Assembly: GCA_009103225.1 (NCBI GenBank)
Contig: RHPI01003009.1
Coordinates: 296,234-360,233, forward strand
Length of the DNA: 64,000 nucleotides
Direction: 5' to 3'
DNA from: Chlorokybus atmophyticus
Taxonomy: Eukaryota; Plantae; Mesostigma and Chlorokybus algae
Both the position numbers and the translations under genes were made by a program. Shown in pieces: positions 51,265 to 63,593 of the stretch; within the stretch, counting starts at the first letter, position 1; each line of letters begins with the position of its first letter. The notes beneath the pieces are model-generated. The model ran no database searches, was not told where the DNA came from, and saw only the letters and a list, made by a program, of their open reading frames with translations.

Positions 51265-54200
51265 TCAACTATAAGTTCTGCCTGGAAGCGATTTGCGCTC
51301 TGTGGCGTGCTGAACGGAGCCGTGGAGGAGTGCGAGGCGGGCGCAGAGGTGGGAGTGGGTGGAGACAAGGCGCGCACACTCCTCCGCTGCCTCATGCGTG
51401 TCTGAAGAGGCAAAGACCAAGTGCGCATGCTTGACGTCGATGAGGAGTGAGAGCCACTCGGACACCTGGGAAAGTTGTGTTGTGTTTATTGTGTGCATCA
51501 AATCGCAGACTAGTTGCATAACGCGGCTGACGAGGAAGGCTGTCACAATTGTACACAGATCAATGCATCACTGTTCTTGTTGAAATTTCTACTTGATGGA
51601 GTGACTGCTGATACTGCACGCGCACATACTGGCATGTGACCACAATCTGCTGCTATGCTTATCAGGCTTGCAGCAACCCCACTGTGTGCACACAGTGGTT
51701 GCTGCAAGCCTGCATGCTACACCACAACAACATGCCGCGCGGGTTGAATGTACCTGCATGAGTGATGGTATCCGGAATTTGGGCGCGGTTGGCGGATCTG
51801 GTACAGATGCCATCTCCTCCGCGTACACCCGCAGCCATGTGCACAGGTACTGCACCAGCCCAGTAACGGCAAGACTTGGGAGGGCTGCCATGGCGGCCAT
51901 GGCGGCAGTATCATCGCGCGAGGCGGATATCAGCGCATGCGCGAGAGCCTGCTGTGGGGAGAAGTTCTCCACGTCAGCCGCGCCGGCGATCGCCAACTGG
52001 ACGGCTTTGCTACCAAGGGATGCCCCGGCCTTGAGCGCATCCGCAGCCGCATCAACAAGCCGGCTTGCGCCCGCCGTCTTCTGCTTGTGCAGCGCTCGCA
52101 AATGCACCAACGGTAGGGTTGTGGCAAAAAGCGTATTCAGCAGCAGCGTCAAGTCTGCTGTTGACAACTCGCGCAATTGCATCAAACAGGTTTCAAGCAC
52201 CTGCAGAAACGAGCACATATTGTGTCACGGAGTTGAGGTGTCTTTCAGGACACACGCTGTGATAGGCACGTCCACATTGTTCTCATGTTTTCAATACATA
52301 ACAAACCCACCTGCAATTGTGCGGCGTCAATAAGCGCTTGCAGCAGCCCAGGATAGATATCAGTGGAGGTGACGTGTCCCCATTGTATGAACTGCGCGAG
52401 CGTGCGCCAAAACTTGTCCTTCACGCAGCGCTCGACAACAACACGCGCGAGGCGATCCGACACGGGTCGACGCACAAACCTGTACTGCTCCTTATCGCCG
52501 CCCTTGAAGCTAGTCGCCACGAGCGCGAGGTGCTTCATCAAAGCCTCGCCAAACGTCTTGTCGTTATAACTCCCCGACACCAAATCCTCAAGAGCGCGAT
52601 CGGTCTTCTCTGCGAGCTCACGCATCCGCTCCTCGTCCCACACAACACCCGCTCTCAGGAGAAATGTGTCCTCCTGGCCATCCCACGCCGTGGCAGCATC
52701 AGCGCCAGTCCACACCGGGCGGACAAGCGCGGATGTGAGTGTGTCCGAAGCCACATCGAGCGTGCGGAAGGCGCTTGCGAGGGTGGGACTCGGCAGACGC
52801 AATTTCACCGCCAAACACGCTGCTTGTGCCGATACTAACATTGACTCACCATGTATTGAAACAATATCCGTGACCCCGGGCTCAATGTCGCGAGAGGGTG
52901 TAGTCTCTCCGGACCCAACAACAACCCCGCCACGTGGACACCCATAAACGGTGTCAATGAAGTGGATGCTAACCCCATGGCCATCGCTAGCACACCCCGC
53001 CACGGCCACATACGATGAGCCCGGCACGGCAGCAGCAGCAGACCGTGTGCACGTGATGCTGTCTATGCGGCCCGAGTGCAGAGGCTGAATGTGTCCAGAC
53101 GTGCGCTTGCTTGTCGTGCAAGTGTACACCTCCCACACCCCGCACGACCAAAACACCTGACCCGCGAAACCATAAGTACCTGGAACGCGTGTATGAACTT
53201 CACGTCATCCCAACACTCTTCAATGCTTACCACTGCTGCAACAGCTGTGAGCGCAAGTGCAGCCACGCGCGCGTTCCCATCGCTGTCAGGAGCGCCCAAT
53301 TCAGCTGACATCATCGATTGCATGGACAAATCCGCCACATTGACACTCAAAACGTCCAGTACTCGTCGCCTCTGCATGCACAAACAATGATGCTTTGCCG
53401 GTACGACACGTTGTTGAAAGCTGCATGCAACCATTGCGTACCGTCCTTCCTCGTGAGTGTGCAAACACGGCAGCTATCCGCGAGGCTCCGCCCTCGTACG
53501 AGCCCGAAGTGGCTTCCACTTCCAGTCTGAGGGCATCAGTACCGTCTTGGGAAGCGTGAGCAAGGTGTGATGTGGAGGCTACTGCGCCGCTCTTTACACG
53601 GGTTTCAACAGTGCCATCGTCGTACACGACAAATGCACCTCCAGTTTCCCCTCCATCCACACTCATCGCCTCTGCAAAGTTGAACCAATGGAAAACTGTT
53701 GTCAACCATGTTTCGAATGTGGTTGAGGTGTTTCATGCAACACACATACCGGCAGTATCGCCTTTGCGTGCTGCAACCTCACTTCCTGACACAGCGTACA
53801 AAGCGCGAACCTTTCCCTGCAGAGCAGCCTGCACAAATAGCATTGCAAGCATCACTATGGCAACACACACGCACGCATACGCGCATGCGTGCGTGCACGT
53901 GCACGCACATGCGCGTATGCACCGACCTGTGTGGGTGCCTCTCCAATGTTGGCGCATCCTTCTCGGCCCCACGCAGCGAGGACATTGGCGCCTCCTTTGT
54001 CGCAAACGACAGCGTAACAACTATCGGACGCCGGGTCCCACACTGCGCGTGTCGCGAAGCAAGCATACTTGTCACCTAATGCTACACTGCCTGCACGGGC
54101 CTGCACAGAGCAAAGCAATTGCTTTTGTTGCTTGTTCTTGAGTTGAAGGCACTTGGCGCAAACAATTCGAACAGAAAAGAATTCAGCCATTCCCAAATTG

Positions 54201-54774
54201 TCGCTTAATGCGGTCCCAGTCACGTACACGCAACTTTGACTACCTACCCACCAACTTGTGCGGCGTGCATGTACCATGCATGACCTATACGAATACAGCA
54301 CGTGCTACTTGCTGGCATGTACGACGTGCATGCAGTTCACTAATTGGGCTGACCTACCGTGAACCATGCGACAAGCATATGCACAACAGAAAAAGGCTAA
54401 AACGAGGCACGAAAAGGGTAACAAAAATCTTCACACCACGCATGACTGCGACAATGCTGCGGACACAGCTGTCTCGCCGTTTACCAACTGTCTTGACATG
54501 CAAGCCAACACCAGTGCCAATACATTATCACACATGGCAATGTGTTTGATTGCTTGTGCAAGTCGCAGGTTTCAATGATGAACACCTTTGCGGCATCTGC
54601 AGCAGAGGCGTCGATGGTGAGGACGGCACGGGTCTGGGTGGTGACCAGGGCCTCCGCCCGGCCGGCGCCTGGGGCGGCGCCCAGCAGTGGCCCAGCGCCG
54701 TCTCCTCCCCGGCAGAGCGTCACCTCAGAGACCAGCTGAACTCCCCCACTGGGCCGCCCCGCCGCCGCCGTCAT
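51265..54774 (-). CDS. NOL11: Nucleolar protein 11 (NOL11/Utp8-like, t-UTP ribosome biogenesis), multi-exon
   Basis: N-terminal LLGAAPGAGRAEALVTTQTRAVLTID...SWWVG...RAVWDPASDSCYAVV parallels the NOL11 N-terminal propeller. C-terminal CLMQLRELST and PSLMQVSEWLSLLID parallel the NOL11 C-terminus. ATG 54774; the 3' end is approximate. Confidence 0.72.
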
Positions 54775-56974
54775 CCCGTCCGCCAACAACAACGCTGCGG
54801 CGGCGGCGGCGGCGGCGACGCGTGTGCGACAATGCTTACAACCGGTCGCGTCGCTCGGTTATAGGGTTGGTCTTACACAACCTGCGTGTGGCATAAGCGA
54901 CAGTTCTCTACTCTTGACGGGTTTATGATCGAGTACAATTGATCACAGATTTACTGAGTGGCCCACACCGTGATGTCAGTGACATGACGGTATCGATGGT
55001 ACCGTATCATGTTGCGCCATGTCAATCAGTACCACAATTGACAGCACCAAGTGCAATAACAGTTAAACGTCTCGCGTCACGTAATTCCTTTATGAGTATG
55101 AATAAAAGATACTTGAACATAAATGTAACAATCAGCCTCTTATAGTTGATATCATGAGTTATTGAAAAGGGAAGTGACATTGGTTGCAACGCATTTTGTT
55201 TTTTTACATGCCTTCTTGATTCATCCGTACGTTCAAATTCCACAACGTGCAGTCGTGTGATTGTGGGTGTCATGTGTATTGTATTTTGTGCATCCGTAAC
55301 ACAATATCTTCCACATATGCAAATAGTTACGTATCTACTTACACATGTAATGTATGATATTGTGTAATACGGATACTACGGGGATTCCTGCCCCCTATTC
55401 GTTGCGTTGTATAACATGAAACAAGGCTAACTTTATTACTCAATGTCGTTCAAGTCATGGGTCGCAGCAATAGCATAGTCATATTACCACACATATTACC
55501 GGGTGAATGAGAGGGGTGGGGATTCTTGATGGGAAGGGGCCGCGAGCAAATTCAAACTTAACCCTTTATAATAGTATGCAAATACAATGAAAGACCGCGA
55601 GGCAATCAAGTACGATTATTAGATACACAACAGCATACCCCTTTCGTACAACCACACAGCAACATGGGTAGAGTAGAGGTTAAGTGATGGTGAGTGCAGT
55701 GATGGATAAACTTGTGAGGATTGGAAGCAAGGCACATCACAGAGCAAGACACAGCAGTAACGGCAGTGTGTTGGCCCCTCAGCAGCAGGTGTACAAAAGA
55801 TGCATACATTATGATGATACGAGACCGGTACAACCAATAGTGCTATACTAATGTGGGCAACCACGTTTAGCAGAACATACAAACGCTGCATCGTAAATCT
55901 CACGCAGCGTCACAGCATGTCAAGCTCCCTGCCAAGCCAATCACGTCATCCAACAACATCACAATACCACAGCCGCCCAGCAGCGCCTAAGGGCAGCAAT
56001 TAAAGCCAATGTGGCGTCTGCCTCCATCTTAGTAAAGTCTCAAAAAACATGGGAGCAAATGCGGCAAATACGTGGTTGAAGAAATTTATCTTTGGGCTTC
56101 GCCATATTTGACATGGATTTGAGAGTGCATACATCAAGATGCAAATGTCATAACTATGGCAGCAGCAAATACAAACTATGCACTATGCACGCAACATGCA
56201 ATCATCAATGCACAGCACGAGCCCTATGATTGTAATGGTACGGCTGACACTTTAGCAAGGTCGACTCAAACTATCACCTAACACCTATAAGTGCAAATTA
56301 TGTTACACACACGACACAGACTACCACCGCGATCAAGGCGGCAGTGCATGCGTGCTGACGTCATGCATGCATGTTGTGGGGGACCTAACTTGAAATTGCG
56401 TAACCGGCAGCGATGCACTGAGACGGGCGGAGAGAGTGGCGGCGACATGGGAGAGGAGGGCGGGCAGTCCTGCAGTCTGCTGTTGCTGTGGTGGAGGCTG
56501 GCCGCTAACCACAACCGTGGTGCAGTTGAATACAATTCTGCGTGCTGACTGCATAGTTCACGGGCAAGGCTAGAGTTGGCGTAGCATACAAAGTACTAGC
56601 CCGGTGGTGAAGCAAATGTGTTTAACCATGAGCGTGATGCATGTCACTTACATGTCTCGGCTCAGGTTGCCAGCAGCACACCATGCATGTTGGCATAGCA
56701 GCACACCCCTTTCGTACAACCATTGTCCAGTGTTGACCTTCATTCGCAGTTTACAAAGGCTATGTAACAATACAGCATGCCACCACAGTGCAACAACCAC
56801 CACAAGGTGTGCAATATAAGAATCAGCGGATGAATGCTTGCCTGCAAGACCACTAACCAAAGCGCTCACAGAAATCAGCAACTACAAAACTGATACTACC
56901 AACTACTAGCTATGATAGGCGGATGTACAAGGGGTGCTAACTATAGAGCAACTAGTACAACACTAATACAACAT

Positions 56975-59900
56975 TCACTCCAGCGACAATGGAAGCTCTA
57001 ACTCAACAGGTGGCAGCAAAGCAGGCTCCTTCCTGAGCAAGGTAGCTGTAGTGGACAACGCGGGACGGGTGGCAAGTAGTGCCTTCAACCTCACTGCGGC
57101 TTCCAACGCAGAAAGCCTTCCATCAACCCTAATGAGAAGGCCAGGACGGCCGAGTGGCGCATTTAACGTGAGCTTTAGCCTTTCTTGTCTGGCATCATGC
57201 TGCTCGCCGGTAAAAACATCCTGCCAGAGGTCTCCCTTCGGCAGGTAAATGGCAACTTGCGAGATGCCCTCGGCCATGACGGGCGCAACCATGAAGTCAG
57301 ACCCCAACATGAATTGAGCTCGGAGCTCATACACGCAAGGGTCCTCCGGGTAATGCAGCCACGGGTGTCGCACGAGCGGTGCGCCTCGCGTGGTGGCCTC
57401 GAACATCAGCTCTCTGCGATACTCATTGAGAGCGATGTGAACGTCTGTGTACAACGCAAACTGGCTGAGCGTCTCGTCGTCGCTGTACACCTGCACGCTC
57501 TTGTGCGGAAGAATGCCCTGATGCGTGCGGAAGACTGCATCGGTAAAGGCCGACAGCTCCATCCAACGGTACAGAAGCTCCTTGGTGCGCAGGTAGCGGA
57601 TGCGGAACCTGTCCGTCATGGTGTAACCTCCAACATCAGAGTGCGAGAGCGCAAAGCCAGACACACCACCAGATAGCATGCCCGTGAGAGCTGACATGAT
57701 GCCGTCGTGCTCGTCCCATGACACCAGCTGGTCACCCATCCAGAAGAGAGGGCTGTGGGACGGGCTTCGCGTTGAGCCCGATCGGCTGAAGAACACAACT
57801 TGCCCTTCCAAGCCAGCATCCCGCACTGCCTGTCTGTTAATTTTGGCCCAGTCTTCGGGATACCTGTTGTGAACCACTGTGGCTGACTCACCAGAGTGCA
57901 ACACCGCATCAAAGGGCAAATGCTCGCCGAAATCTGCCATCCAACCCGCAACATTGACGGTCTTGTTGTTTGGGCAGATGGTGGGCATCAACACATTCTC
58001 CTTAATCAGCTCCACAACCCATGCCCGGCAGGCTGGGTTGGTCAGGTCCAGCATGCCAAAGTGGAAGTCTGGCGTGCCACTCATGAGCATGTATGCTTGG
58101 CGCTGGACGTTCTGAACGAGGTAACCCCTAGAGCGTGCTTCGCGGAAGAGGTTGCGCCTGTGGTCACCTTTGAGCGCAACATCCACAAGGTATGGGTTCA
58201 TGTAGGTCATGAGCTTGACACCATCAGCGTCCAGGTCGCACATCATCTGCTTCCAACGGGGATAATGAGCCTCATCCAGCTCCCAGTTCCACCACAGGCG
58301 CTGACCAATCTCCGTCTTCCTGATGCCAGTCCAGTCTTGCAGCCACAGGGCTGAGATGCGAACGCCGGCAGCTTTGAGGACATTGTACGTGCGCAGAACA
58401 TCATCGGTGCCGCCTTGAAGCCCCACGATCGCACCCTCACCAGACGCCCAGCTGGGCAACGCCTGCATGCGACCAGTGTAGTCGGTGTACTCCTTGATCA
58501 AGTCCAGAGGCGTCTCTCCATGCACAATGCGCCCGCGTAACCGATGGCCAGTCACGTACGCCTCAATTGCAACACGTGTTGGGCGGCGAAAGTTGAACAC
58601 CGTGTACTGATAGCCCTCCAGGAACAGCGAACGCCGCAGGGAGGACACATAGTGTGGCACAGCTGTGTATGTTGTTTGCCAGCCGCCGGCAGCACCATCC
58701 TTCAGAAGGTTTAACACGAAAGTGTACGGTTGCAAACCCCTGCCAATGCCCTGCTCGCACGACAACACAGGCACTCGAAGCCCCTTCAGGTTAAAATACG
58801 AGAACTGCTCGCCCAAGCCGAAGAACTGCTCCTCTTTTGAACTTGCATATGTAAGCACAATATGGTTCACAGCGTGCAAACTGCTGGGGCTGGACCATTC
58901 TACTTCAAAAGCCAACTGCAGGCAAGCACGTAGCAAGAATCAGCATTGTTGAACTGCATGCACATCACCATAAGCCCAAGCCTCTTGTGAATACGTGCAG
59001 CATCTGAAGATAGAGAGGCATGCGCCTTGCCTACCTGATTCTCAGCAACTGCAGACAATGTGAAGCTGTAGTTGGTTGGCGTGGTGTCCAACCACAAAAG
59101 GCCTTGCAACTGCAGATGTGTGTCATTGTATGCAGATATCCTGTCCACACTTTGGTAGAGGGTCCTGCAAACATTACCACAGCTCAGCTCATGGTACACA
59201 TCTGCAATGCTGCATGCATGATGCCTCATGCACTCTGCACTTGTTTCAGCTACTATGACAATTAATGCACCAATTGGCGACATTCATCCATAACCACCCC
59301 ACTGCTTGATGTGACGTGTATGCAGCCTAGACCAAAGCATTTGCTGTACAAGGCCATGCAGGGCCACAACAGCGACCCACCTTCCTTCCCAACGGTCTTT
59401 TATGTGAAAATTGGCATCCTTGTTCCGCACTTGCATGATCCCGCCAGCAACCGATATAAACGCCCGTCCAGGTATACTGGACCACAGTGGCCTGGACAAG
59501 TTCCGCTGGTGCAAAACTGTTGATGAACCACAGCTTAATACATAATATCCCCTGCAACAGCACTGCAACAGATGACATGCACGTCTTGCAAGCACAGTCT
59601 TACCTTGAAGGGTGGCTCCATTCCAATCAACGGTAAATGCACCTAGATTGTGCGTGAAGTTGGCGAGGTATGAAGAGGAGATGCGCCCGTTTATGCGTGC
59701 GTCAACAGAAGTAGCCCAGTCGGGCCCAAGCCAAAGCGCAGCAGCCAACGGTAGCACAAGCAGAGCCCGCCAAAACACACGCCTCGCAAGGGACGTCCCT
59801 GCAAGAACGTCCTGCTTGCTTAACGCCTCCATACCTGTCAACAAAGGTCAATCAACCAGCTGTTTTTCGCATATGAAACCACGACAGCGCAAGCCTTCCG

Positions 59901-60054
59901 CATTGTTCGCAATCGTGGGCGTAAAAGCATAATTGAGAAGCACAACTGCAGGTTGAGCAACCTGAGCGGCCTCTGGTTCAGATGATGACAATGACGCAGG
60001 CAATACGCTCCTACATAGACTCACATTGGGCTTAGCTGCCCTGAAAAACAGCAT
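56975..60054 (-). CDS. GH31 glycosidase, YihQ/sulfoquinovosidase subfamily, with N-terminal extension and a hydrophobic helix; last exon ~56975-58918
   Basis: FFGLGEQFS, EQGIGRG, GLQGG, QDWTGIRKTEIGQRLWWNW, YMNPY, LDLTNP, nucleophile GWMADFGE, acid/base WMGDQ, HSDVGGY, FRTHQG. Four upstream exons splice in phase from ATG 60054. Confidence 0.92.
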
Positions 60055-60814
60055 TGAACCGCAAGCCACAACGCCCTCTGCAAGCTCACGGTGTAAACTT
60101 TGCCAGACACTGCGTGCACTATAAATAGCGCTAGACAAGAGCGCAAATTGGCTAGCCCGAGCAGAACTGCGTGATCAGCGCGAGTAAACACCTTGATACC
60201 CACCAGCAACACAATATGGGACAAGAGTTGCCGCAAATTAGCGCTGGTTGGCCAAGATTCCACCAGAATTGGCCAACTGGGCTGCTTGCAAGCTAGTCCA
60301 ACCTTGTGCGAGCATGGCTTGCCGCTTACGGCGCTCTCCCTCAACGCCTCTCCACTCCAACCAAGCCTCTCCCAGGCCAACTCCCGCAATGCGACCGTGT
60401 GGGCATACGCCCCCTCTCCCCCAAGGCCACCACGCCGCCTCCTAGCCGTGCCAAGTCAGGAAGCACACCAAGCAACACTTTTGCCTTGCCTCTGGCCAGG
60501 GCAGGACAAAAGATTGTGCAAAGCGACCCGCTCTTTTCTAACCTTGCTTCAACAGCTAGCCCGACCGAACCCCCACGCCCCCAGGCGGCGACGGAGGACG
60601 ACGACGAGGTGGCCGCCGCAGCGTTCTACTATAGGCCGGGCAAGGCTGCTGACGTACGTAATTGCGCAAAACTGAGCGGCCTGTCCACGGTGGACGTTCC
60701 ACGTTGGAAAGCCGCCGAACGAACGACAACAGGCATAACGTTCCTCTCGTCCAGAAGATGTGCCGTATTTGGCTCACCCGCGCTGAGCTATAGAACTCAT
60801 ACTACGGAGACGAC

Positions 60815-60965
60815 TTCCCTTATAAGGGAATCTGGCGGATTTGGTGAGTCCCGCGTCACTAGTTTGAGCCAGATTCCCTTTTAAGGGAAGTGGTTGAACC
60901 TGTTCCCTTATAAGGGAGCCTGCCAACAAGCTGCATGGCTGGTAACGGCGCTTTGCCTTTATAGG
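60815..60965. promoter_or_regulatory. Cluster of four CC(A/T)6GG (CArG-type) boxes upstream of the GH31 gene
   Basis: CCTTATAAGG 60818-60827, CCTTTTAAGG 60877-60886, CCTTATAAGG 60906-60915, CCTTTATAGG 60956-60965. The first three sit inside TTCCC-W6-GGGA(A/G). The motifs are seen directly; a regulatory function is inferred. Confidence 0.5.
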
Positions 60966-63253
60966 AATGCAGGCCTCTGAACGAGCGTGTCAGAGGTTGA
61001 TGGGTGTTGGGCAGGTCGCAATTAGTCATTGACTCAGTGAGCACTTTATGCGGAGCATGGTGAGCCACAAAGTTTGGCAATTGGCGGCTTGCGATTGACG
61101 CGTACACAGACTCCGCAATAGCAAAGCCGCACAACTGAATGCATGATGTTCGCAAATTATTCTGCAGCTTGACAAGAGAGCTGCAACTGGCAGGCTGCAG
61201 CACTGTACGTGTGCATGGGATGGGTAAGAAAAGTACTACATTGCACCCAATAAAAGCGTGTATAAATGATGCAATGAAGTTAGCACATTATTGACGCCTA
61301 TGCAAGCAGCTGTTCATCATCAATTCTCATATGTACGTATCATGCAGTGTTCATGCACATCACATTCGAATCATGTAACACCGTTCATACAAATTGTACA
61401 ATTCTGCACCCGGTATGCATGTTGAATCTTAGGAGTAATAACTTAACATACGGATGCACGCAATTCTTTTATACGCAAAAATAATTTAAAAATAATGGTA
61501 TAATAACCATTATATAATAATAAATTAAAAAATACTATATTACACGAAACGGTCATCGATGATCATGGCATCATGATTGCCATTTATATAACGCATTTAC
61601 AATCTGATGTGACATTGTGTATATTGAGGTGTGGTTAATAAAGATACGGGGGCATTTTATAAGTATAACAAACGTTTTCATGAACTTGATACATACAACT
61701 TCAACGCAGTTCAACGGCTATCAATCAATTCAAAATGTATGAAATTCTCTTGTTACACCGCCATGCATCCTGCTTTATGATTTTTATTGATTTGTACAAT
61801 ATACATTTACATGTATTTATGATAATAATTTATGTTTGCGAGGATGCAGCATGTTAAATGTTTAAATGTTTCTCGCTTCGCATAAGGTGGCAATTACCGT
61901 AATCACGACATCACACATAACAATTATTGACAATTTTATAATCATCACTGAGGGGTGAGAGTACAAGCATTGCTTTATTTCCATTAATTGATTAAAACAA
62001 ATCAATAGAGCAAGTAAGAAAGAGGTGCATTCTTATTGATTGGTAAAAATAGTTAATATAATATCACACGATCACACCATGTGTATGGAAGCAAACCCAA
62101 CATGTTCAATGGCATGCTTAACGTCGCCATCGAAAGCAATTGATGGCAAGGTTACATGTTGCATCGCAATAGCACTACAACCCGCCACATTACATAAGCT
62201 GCAAGGATTTTGTAAGAAAAACGGGTAGCTCATTGCACAATTGCAACTCATGGCAAGTGGGCAAGGTACATTGCTAAGTGGTGTTGGTATAAGCCAACCC
62301 TAACAGTGGTGCCTCCCTTCTTGACGGTTTTGGTCTGCGCACGAACCTGCATAAAGATGACCATACGCATGTTCCTTAAAGCATATCATTAGCGAAACCA
62401 CGCGCATATCGCACGAGAACATCACATCTGGCTGACATATACAACGATATATAAAAGCAATGCTGTACAATCCTCTGCAGCCAGGCAGCAGCAAATTTTG
62501 GCTATGGCCCATATACATCAGCATTCTATTTGCACATGGCTTTTCGTGCTTACTACGTGGTTTGTCGCCACCTGATTGACCGTGTCAATGCAACAACAAC
62601 TGTGCAACAGTTCCATCACAACCAGGACAACGCACAGCGCTTTCACTTTGTACATCTTTCGATACTTTAGACACGAGCATCGCTGCAGGTGACTGGTTGC
62701 AGCTCTGAAAAGTCCTAAGGAAAGCGGTCGGCATTGATCTGTGCCCGCTTGCCGTGTGTCTGAAGCGCGGCTGCATTGTAGGCCAATGCAGCAACACGTT
62801 CCTGCTGATTGTAGCCCAAGAACGTGAGGCAGAGTCTGTCAGGACACTCGTTGCGACTGGCCAAGAGGTTGGACAGCTCACCGGTACTTTCGGCGTTGAT
62901 AGTTTCGTATTTGTGCAAACCACACTTCCATCTCTGAATCCCCAGTGCACCCCTTTGTACTTGGAAATGCGTGCTGGTACTGCAGCATCGCACAGTTAGC
63001 TGAAGCAGACTCAATTACATGAACGACTGCACACATGAACTCACATTCTGGCAGGTGTTGCTCTTGGCTGTCGGTGTGCTTATCGCTGCCAGGCTTATCA
63101 CGCCGCCTTGACAGTGAGGAAAAGCGATTGCGCATTGGCTTTGTTGATGGCTCTTGCTTGCTTTGACTGCATGGCAAGCAGTGTGTATAGTTGCTCAGCA
63201 CACAAAACCGGTTGCTGGATATATGACTTGTCCACTTACCACACGTCGGGCGT

Positions 63254-63592
63254 TGTAACGGAGTGCTACCTCTATAGAGGTTCCCCGCCCTTATTTAGGA
63301 TTAAATAAGGGTCCCAACGGGTATATACAGCCAATTAAGCCGTATTAGGGCCGTTAACCTAGTGTTAAGGCCCTAATGTAGTGTTACTTAACTGTAACAC
63401 TGATATCGACATGAGACATGAGTCTCATGTCGATATCAGCTGTATGGCGGCACTGCTAACGCAGCAGCCGCCATAGCCAGGGGATCTTCTGCTTCGGCAG
63501 TTGCCCCTGGCGGCGGCGGTGTGGTCGGCGTGGCTGGTGGTGGTGTTGGGGGAGGGGATTAAAGGGAGGAGGTAGCACCCCCTCTCCTTACA
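63254..63592 (+). mobile_element. 5' LTR (339 bp) of an LTR retrotransposon continuing beyond the window
   Basis: Starts TGTAA (63254) and ends TTACA (63592), with an additional subterminal inverted repeat GTGCTACCT/AGGTAGCAC. Followed one base later by an initiator-Met-type PBS. Confidence 0.75.
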
Positions 63593-63593
63593 T

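Noticed and set aside
13845-56756. TGTAA (chlorophyte-type polyadenylation signal) downstream of several stop codons
   Set aside because: A 5-mer this common appears by chance at these distances; it cannot be supported without 3'-end data.
32398-60054. Cysteine synthase plus putative sulfoquinovosidase as a sulfur-recycling gene cluster
   Set aside because: They are about 23 kb apart with five unrelated genes between them, and no other SQ-pathway gene is visible. Treated as coincidence unless synteny shows otherwise.
62585-63014. Minus-strand ORF fragments faintly reminiscent of a decayed transposase C-terminus
   Set aside because: No catalytic or Cys/His motif that I can support; similarity is too weak without a profile search.
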